A stretch of DNA of 64,000 nucleotides, from positions 68,564 to 132,563 of the IMG/VR virus record IMGVR_UViG_3300011115_001056; one strand, written 5' to 3'. Positions 59,179 to 64,000 of this stretch are shown piece by piece. Origin of the DNA: a virus. Under the pieces are notes generated by a model that was given only the letters and a program-made list of their open reading frames with translations, did not search any database and had not been told where the DNA came from. The position numbers and the translations under genes were made by a program. The first letter of the stretch is position 1. Every line of letters begins with the position of its first letter.

Positions 59179-59390
59179 CCCTAAGAGATCAGATATTATC
59201 AAATATTAGTAATCATCCTCTTTCATCAAAAGTAATGGTTCCAAATGAAATATTTGAACAAATAAATTCAGATATGGCCTCATGGCTTCCATCAGGAATT
59301 TCAGTAGAGATATACGATGCTTGGGCAATATCAGTATTAGATTCATCTGGGACGGCCATCGGAAACTACACTATAATTGCTTGGCCATAA
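59175..59390 (+). CDS. Hypothetical protein
   Basis: 71 aa with ATGA overlap. Confidence 0.5.
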   Translation: MTLRDQILSNISNHPLSSKVMVPNEIFEQINSDMASWLPSGISVEIYDAWAISVLDSSGTAIGNYTIIAWP

Positions 59391-59466
59391 AATTTAAGCT
59401 CTTTATTTATAACATTAACACAGGTTAAAGTGGCATCTAGAGTAAATTTTAATTATAGGAGCGACC

Positions 59467-59736
59467 ATGATAAAAGACCTAATGAGAATTGCAGATTTTT
59501 TAGATAAGAGTGGTCGAACAAAGGACGCAGGTATAATTGATTATATCTCAATGAAGTACGCCGATGGTGATCTAAAAGAATTCTTTAAGAGAGGCATGGA
59601 TAAAGACTTCTTTGACAGCGAGTTTGGCAAGAAGACTGCAAAAAAAAGAGCCCAAATGCTGGAGATGGATCGCTCACTTGAAGAAGAAGAGACAGAAGAA
59701 CTTTTAAAGTCCTTAAATAAGAGTTTATCTGAGTAA
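59467..59736 (+). CDS. Hypothetical protein with a helical LxxIAxxLDxxG...AxxID motif
   Basis: SD AGGAG; MIKDLMRIADFLDKSGRTKDAGIID. Confidence 0.55.
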   Translation: MIKDLMRIADFLDKSGRTKDAGIIDYISMKYADGDLKEFFKRGMDKDFFDSEFGKKTAKKRAQMLEMDRSLEEEETEELLKSLNKSLSE

Positions 59737-59742
59737 TTGAAC

Positions 59743-59767
59743 GGTGGGATTAGTCCCACCATTTTTT
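59743..59767 (+). terminator. Hairpin terminator between convergent genes
   Basis: GGTGGGA-TTAG-TCCCACC followed by ATTTTTT. Confidence 0.7.
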
Positions 59768-60914
59768 ATAAAGAAGTTACTGTTCCAGAGCCTGCGGACC
59801 AGTTTATCTCGCAGAATGGCTGGTAGTATCCTTCTGAGTCTACATTTCTTGTATCAGTCCACTCTAGATATCCGCCAACATAAACATTTATAGTAACTTC
59901 GTTTCTTCCTGAGTATACTGAACCGGGATAATCATGAACATAAACTGTATACCTACCAGACGATGGAGAGTCTATGTTTATGTTTTCTGGGCCTGTGCCT
60001 GGAATATCATCCAAATCTAAGATTGGATTATCAACAGTAGACCCTCTAACTCCCCAATCAAGAGTACTGAAGGTACAGTTACCATAATAGCAATCAAGAT
60101 CGCTGACAATAGAACCTCCTGGGGCAACTAAGTGTAGATCCATATCATCGCCAGAGTGCACCCAAAACATTTCTATCCATAGGTTTCCACCTGGGATTGC
60201 ATCAAGAGTTGCAAAGCATGGCTCCGATGATATTCCTGCAGAGTTTGTTACAATTAGTTGGCCGATATATTCTCCTGCAAGAGTTGGCACGAAACCTCTT
60301 CTGTTCGCACCACCAGATGGCATCACATCAGTTGAGCCAAAAGGAGCAGATATAAGTTGCCAATCATAAGATACAATTGATCCTCCGCTTGGATCATATG
60401 AGCTGGAGCCTATCCAATCTGCAGAGCCGTGTATTGCCTCAACTTCGACTGGATTAACAGAGCAAACTGCAACTGGCTGAGAGACTGGAGTTCCCGTATC
60501 TCCAGTATCAATCGTTCCCGTATCATCTGGTGCCAGCCCAGAGATTGGAACTATTACTTCTAGATTAGAAGGATCATTTGATATTATTTTTATAGAGTCA
60601 CTATCACCATATCCTTCTGATCTCCATGAGACAACAAACTCAGATGACTCGCTTGGTAACAGGCTGGTTGGCGAGGCATCAGTGAGTGTAAAGTTAAAGC
60701 CATCGGTCAGGGATATACTTGAAACATTTAGGGCCACTTCACCTACAGAACTGATCTGAACAGTTCTTGATTCTGTCGTGCCAACCTCAACCTGCCCAAA
60801 GCTTATTGACTCTGGTTGGACCTCGATTGCTGGAGAGCCATCCTGAGGATCGTCTGGCTTGTTGTTTATTTGGTAATCAGAGCAGGAGATTAAGTATAGT
60901 AAGATTGTGTTCAT
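59766..60914 (-). CDS. Putative lipoprotein with Ig-like (choice-of-anchor D/PKD-like) and YfaP-like domains
   Basis: Short hydrophobic N-terminus plus Cys (LLYLISC-SDY); IEV.PESISFG.V.VG; SNDP; DTG repeats; SYDP.G..I.SY.W; DMDLHL...DCYYGNC...LDLDD..GTGPENINI. Confidence 0.65.
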   Translation of the reverse strand: MNTILLYLISCSDYQINNKPDDPQDGSPAIEVQPESISFGQVEVGTTESRTVQISSVGEVALNVSSISLTDGFNFTLTDASPTSLLPSESSEFVVSWRSEGYGDSDSIKIISNDPSNLEVIVPISGLAPDDTGTIDTGDTGTPVSQPVAVCSVNPVEVEAIHGSADWIGSSSYDPSGGSIVSYDWQLISAPFGSTDVMPSGGANRRGFVPTLAGEYIGQLIVTNSAGISSEPCFATLDAIPGGNLWIEMFWVHSGDDMDLHLVAPGGSIVSDLDCYYGNCTFSTLDWGVRGSTVDNPILDLDDIPGTGPENINIDSPSSGRYTVYVHDYPGSVYSGRNEVTINVYVGGYLEWTDTRNVDSEGYYQPFCEINWSAGSGTVTSL

Positions 60915-61030
60915 AGTTATATTAAAAAAATTAATATAGTTTATAGATCTAGATCATTTTATTTAAACTATTGGATAAAATATATGCGGTATGATTAGCC
61001 ATCGCACTATTTTTATAGCCAAGGGATTTT

Positions 61031-61567
61031 ATGACCGCAGAAAGATTCGACGCAATTTTAAATCTGACTGATAAGCTAAGAGGTATTTCAACCGATGGTT
61101 CTTGTCCAGTCGATGTGAACTCAATAGTTACCAAGCTTGGAGGAGTATTTTTCTTCAAAAAAGAAAAGGAGAGTGGAGTTGATCAGTATAGTTCTACCAT
61201 AAAGATAACTGAGCCAAATAAATTTGAGATCTTAATGCTCTCCTTGGATGAGAATAGAGATCTTTCTAATAGATTTGAAATCGCACGTTGCCTTGGATAT
61301 CTTTTTCTTCATACAAAATATGTAGATGGTGGATCGCCAGAAGTATGTATAGTAGATCCAAGCACCATATTTGGACCTCGCGATGTAAATGTATTTGCAA
61401 TGGCATTGCTTATGCCAAAAGATCATTTCTTAGAAATTGCAGAAAAGAATATGATTCGATCAAAATATAATGTTGAAATGCTCTCTGGCTATTTTAAAGT
61501 GCCTGTTTATATCGTAAGAATTTATGGCCATTCACTTGGATCATACAGATGGAATAAAGATGCTTAA
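61031..61567 (+). CDS. ImmA/IrrE (DUF955)-like protein with a degenerate HExxH motif
   Basis: PVDV..IV.KLG, RFEIARCLGYLFLH (canonical RFTIAHELGH) and NVFAMALLMP. Confidence 0.65.
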   Translation: MTAERFDAILNLTDKLRGISTDGSCPVDVNSIVTKLGGVFFFKKEKESGVDQYSSTIKITEPNKFEILMLSLDENRDLSNRFEIARCLGYLFLHTKYVDGGSPEVCIVDPSTIFGPRDVNVFAMALLMPKDHFLEIAEKNMIRSKYNVEMLSGYFKVPVYIVRIYGHSLGSYRWNKDA

Positions 61568-61904
61568 AGATTTGGAGGTTGTCATGAGCTTTGATTTAGA
61601 TGAGAAAGAATTCTATGAAACATTTGCTGAACTTCAAGACGCTGAAGGTACCCAACGAGCACTGGAGTGGGCATGGTCTGCTCTTGACTGGACACAACAA
61701 GAGCTTCGAAAAGAAGCTGTCAAAAGCCAGTCGATTGTTGCTGAAGAGCGCGCCGCCGTGGTGGCGTGGCTCAGGGAGCAGCGGGCCTACGGCACCGATG
61801 AACTGCTGGGGCAGGGGTTCGCGAATGTCTGCGGCATCCTCTCGGACGCAATCGAACGTGGCGAGCACCGTCGCGAGGAGAAATGGGCAAATGAAGATAG
61901 TTGA
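61560..61904 (+). CDS. Hypothetical protein with a GC-rich EERAAVVAWLR...AIERGEH segment
   Basis: Probable start ATG 61560, overlapping the end of the upstream gene. Confidence 0.5.
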   Translation: MLKDLEVVMSFDLDEKEFYETFAELQDAEGTQRALEWAWSALDWTQQELRKEAVKSQSIVAEERAAVVAWLREQRAYGTDELLGQGFANVCGILSDAIERGEHRREEKWANEDS

Positions 61905-62208
61905 AGTTACATATTCGCCATTAATAGTTAATGAGGTCGCCCAAATGGGCGGAGAGAAGGTTTACCAGATTGGCAAAAAGATTTTGCTCAAATATGAGGA
62001 TGGCTCAACTGTAAAGTTAAAAAGAAGAGGCCCTCCGGATATTTGGATGGATGCTTCACTCTTTGTCGAAGTTCCACCAGACTTTACACCATACATTGGT
62101 GATTGTTATAATGAAGGCGACGAAATACGTGAGGTCACAATGATGGATCCAAATAATTTCTTACCAGTAAAAAGAAAGTTTAAAAAATTAAAGGAAGGAG
62201 AACTATGA
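61891..62208 (+). CDS. Hypothetical protein
   Basis: Probable start ATG 61891 (MKIVEV) with GAGGAG upstream; the longer track ORF mostly overlaps the previous gene. Confidence 0.5.
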   Translation: MKIVEVTYSPLIVNEVAQMGGEKVYQIGKKILLKYEDGSTVKLKRRGPPDIWMDASLFVEVPPDFTPYIGDCYNEGDEIREVTMMDPNNFLPVKRKFKKLKEGEL

Positions 62209-62393
62209 TAAAACTTGGAACCACTTTTACAAAAACTTATGTTGTTACCACACCAGAAGGAACCCCGTTGCAGGACTTTGAATCTTACAGAGTGAGTCAC
62301 GTACAGAATAATATTGATACCAACCTATCCGAGTGTGAGTTTCAAAGACGAACCGGAAGAACAACCAAGATGGTTATATTGGTAAGGAGTTAA
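62205..62393 (+). CDS. Hypothetical protein
   Basis: SD AGGAG and ATGA overlap. Confidence 0.45.
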   Translation: MIKLGTTFTKTYVVTTPEGTPLQDFESYRVSHVQNNIDTNLSECEFQRRTGRTTKMVILVRS

Positions 62394-62394
62394 A

Positions 62395-62496
62395 ATGGAA
62401 TCCGATAAGATTGAACTTGCGAAACGCGTCGGCGCGTGCCGTGGCTGGCGGCGGGTGCCGGGCATGGACTTCACCTACGGAAAGGAGGGGAAGTGA
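62395..62496 (+). pseudogene. 33-codon ORF, possible gene remnant (LAKRVGACRGWRRVPGM)
   Basis: SD AAGGAG; GC-rich; resembles the start of longer phage proteins (LxRRAVACxxWRWMPGM); stop overlaps the next GTG. Confidence 0.3.
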
Positions 62497-62759
62497 GCGA
62501 GGACAAGGTCGGCTATGTCGTCTTTTACGATACTCAGGGTGACGGTCTCAGTGCACCTCCCTGGGGAATCCACGTGTGCTGGGGCGAGGCTGAGCTTCAG
62601 GATGAGGTGAGTCGGGTCTTCAACGAGATCGAGCCTGAGGGCGGATACACCCTTGATGACATCGTGATCCTAAGGATCGATGAGTCCTTCGATCTGAAGG
62701 TGAAGCGTGAGACCCGAACAACTGATGAGACTTGGGTGGAAATAGGGAAGAGATCATGA
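62493..62759 (+). CDS. Hypothetical acidic protein
   Basis: GTG start at 62493 with SD AAGGAGG. Confidence 0.5.
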   Translation: MSEDKVGYVVFYDTQGDGLSAPPWGIHVCWGEAELQDEVSRVFNEIEPEGGYTLDDIVILRIDESFDLKVKRETRTTDETWVEIGKRS

Positions 62760-62799
62760 GCTGGAACAAAGTCCCTGAGACTGATTCTCGGTTTCCCAA

Positions 62800-63078
62800 A
62801 TGGCTAAAGCGTGGACTGAGGCAAGCCTTATGAGTGAATATGGCTTCACAGATAACTTTGATAAGAGATATCTTTCTGGCTGGAGATATATACTTTATCT
62901 AAGCGGAGCATGCGAGCTAAAGTTCGTTAGAAAAATGCTCAAGGGAAGATGGGAAGCTTGGTGGATAGAGCCATGCCTTTCTTATGTTTGGCATCCAGTA
63001 TATTGTGAGAGTTCTGGAGAAACAAATACGAGACCCTGCCCAATGTGGAACTCAGTATACATACTTGAAGAATATTAG
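62800..63078 (+). CDS. Hypothetical protein
   Basis: Trp/Cys-rich ORF; start may be ATG 62830. Confidence 0.45.
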   Translation: MAKAWTEASLMSEYGFTDNFDKRYLSGWRYILYLSGACELKFVRKMLKGRWEAWWIEPCLSYVWHPVYCESSGETNTRPCPMWNSVYILEEY

Positions 63079-63097
63079 ATAAGATATAAACAATAAG

Positions 63098-63125
63098 TAC
63101 CCGCGAATAACCTTGCGGGTATAAT
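63098..63125 (+). promoter_or_regulatory. Inverted repeat overlapping a GTATAAT box upstream of topA
   Basis: TACCCGCGA-ATAACC-TTGCGGGTA; GTATAAT at 63119-63125. Confidence 0.45.
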
Positions 63126-63144
63126 TCTGCCTATAGGAACTAAA

Positions 63145-64000
63145 ATGAAGCTCGTTATTATCGAATCGCCAAACAAGATCAAGAAGCTGAAGTCAATTCT
63201 CTCATCTGACTACGAGATAGTTGCAAGTGTAGGGCATATGTTTGACCTTCCCAAGAGAGAGCTTGGAATAGATCTCGAATCATTTGATGTAGACCTAGTC
63301 CTTGATGATAGTAAAAAAGACATACTTACAAATATAAAAAGAAATGCAGATCTTGCAGATTGTATTTATATTGCAAGCGATGCAGATCGCGAAGGGGAGG
63401 CTATCGGGTTCAATATATACACTTCCCTATCGAAAAAGAACCAAAAGAAGTGTAAACGACTTCTTATCAATTCCATTACTAAGGAAGCAGTCGAGCAGGC
63501 CATTCAAAGCCCTACTGCAATTGATCTGAATCTTTCCAATGCCCAGAAGGGCCGTAGAGTAACAGACCGCCTTGTAGGCTATCAGATTAGTCCTGTCATG
63601 TGGGCAAAGGGACTTAAGGGAACTTCAGCAGGAAGAGTTCAGTCTGTTGCTCTAAAATATGTTGCAGATCTAGAGAAAGAGATCCTTGCTTTTAAATCAG
63701 AGGAATATTGGAAGGCAACCCTAAAGGGAGATGGCTTTGCCGCAGAGCTGGCATCAGTTGACGATAAGGCATATCAGCCAAAGACAAAAACTGGTGCAGA
63801 AGCAATGAAGAAGGACATTCTTTCTGGTAAGGAAACTGCTAAAGTCTCAGAGTATACAAAGAAGGTTCGTACACGCTCTCCAGAGCCTCCATTCATCACT
63901 TCAACCATTCAGCAGGCTGCATCCAATCTCTTTGGGTGGAACGCTCAGAAGACAATGCAGGTAGCTCAAACGCTATTTGCCGCAGGGCTCATTACTTACC
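63145..64000 (+). CDS. topA: DNA topoisomerase I (type IA), 3'-partial; missing from the ORF track
   Basis: Own translation: MKLVIIESPNKIKKL...ASVGHMFDLP...IASDADREGEAIGF...RRVTDRLVGY.ISP...SAGRVQSVAL...EEYW...PFITSTIQQ...KTMQVAQTL; open to the window end. Confidence 0.93.
   Translation, partial: MKLVIIESPNKIKKLKSILSSDYEIVASVGHMFDLPKRELGIDLESFDVDLVLDDSKKDILTNIKRNADLADCIYIASDADREGEAIGFNIYTSLSKKNQKKCKRLLINSITKEAVEQAIQSPTAIDLNLSNAQKGRRVTDRLVGYQISPVMWAKGLKGTSAGRVQSVALKYVADLEKEILAFKSEEYWKATLKGDGFAAELASVDDKAYQPKTKTGAEAMKKDILSGKETAKVSEYTKKVRTRSPEPPFITSTIQQAASNLFGWNAQKTMQVAQTLFAAGLITY

Noticed and set aside
61600-61890. N-terminal half of the 202-aa track ORF
   Set aside because: It overlaps the 61560..61904 gene in a GC-rich, stop-poor patch; ATG 61891 with an SD is the likelier start.
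405-62300. Numerous short antisense or alternate-frame ORFs in the track
   Set aside because: They lie within well-supported genes and show no motifs or SD sites, so they are treated as shadows.
63344-63529. 61-aa track ORF
   Set aside because: It is an out-of-frame shadow inside topA.
1-64000. CRISPR array, tRNA/rRNA genes, or a diversity-generating retroelement
   Set aside because: No spaced direct repeats, cloverleaf or reverse transcriptase were noticed by eye, and intergenic gaps are very short. A tRNAscan/CRISPR search would be needed to exclude them formally.
1-64000. Stop-codon reassignment
   Set aside because: Conserved genes are full length under the standard code, and TAA, TAG and TGA all end genes at the expected positions.
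1-64000. Eukaryotic giant virus or bacterial chromosome origin
   Set aside because: SD motifs, coupled operons, DnaB/DnaC, baseplate and fibre genes, and the phage-type fractured nrdA favour a large bacteriophage. No capsid or terminase gene lies in the window to prove it.

Overview
A 64 kb fragment of a large AT-rich tailed bacteriophage (jumbo/huge-phage type). It uses the standard genetic code, Shine-Dalgarno sites and many ATGA/TAATG gene overlaps. From left to right: (i) two giant baseplate/tail proteins, the first running off the left edge; (ii) a ~20 kb glycosylation island with GT4, GT2 and CgeB-like transferases, methyltransferases, a sugar formyltransferase plus WecE, rmlABDC, glmS, type II glutamine synthetase and gmd; (iii) a replication module of SF2 helicase, an Sm/Hfq-like protein, a DnaC-like loader and DnaB; (iv) a complete PrkA/YeaG-YeaH-SpoVR operon; (v) nucleotide metabolism genes (nrdA, aldolase, tdk, nrdB, PIN-PhoH, dut); (vi) tail-fibre-like genes, a myxobacterial-style lipoprotein, small mosaic ORFs and a partial topA at the right edge. 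The main finding is nrdA. It carries a contiguous intein and is also fractured into two genes by a split intein whose halves flank a free-standing Vsr-like endonuclease with a hairpin-sequestered RBS. The split is atypical: the catalytic block B lies in the C-fragment, while the N-fragment ends in a degenerate duplicate of block B. No tRNA, rRNA or CRISPR array was recognised. All family calls come from motif recognition by eye, not database searches.
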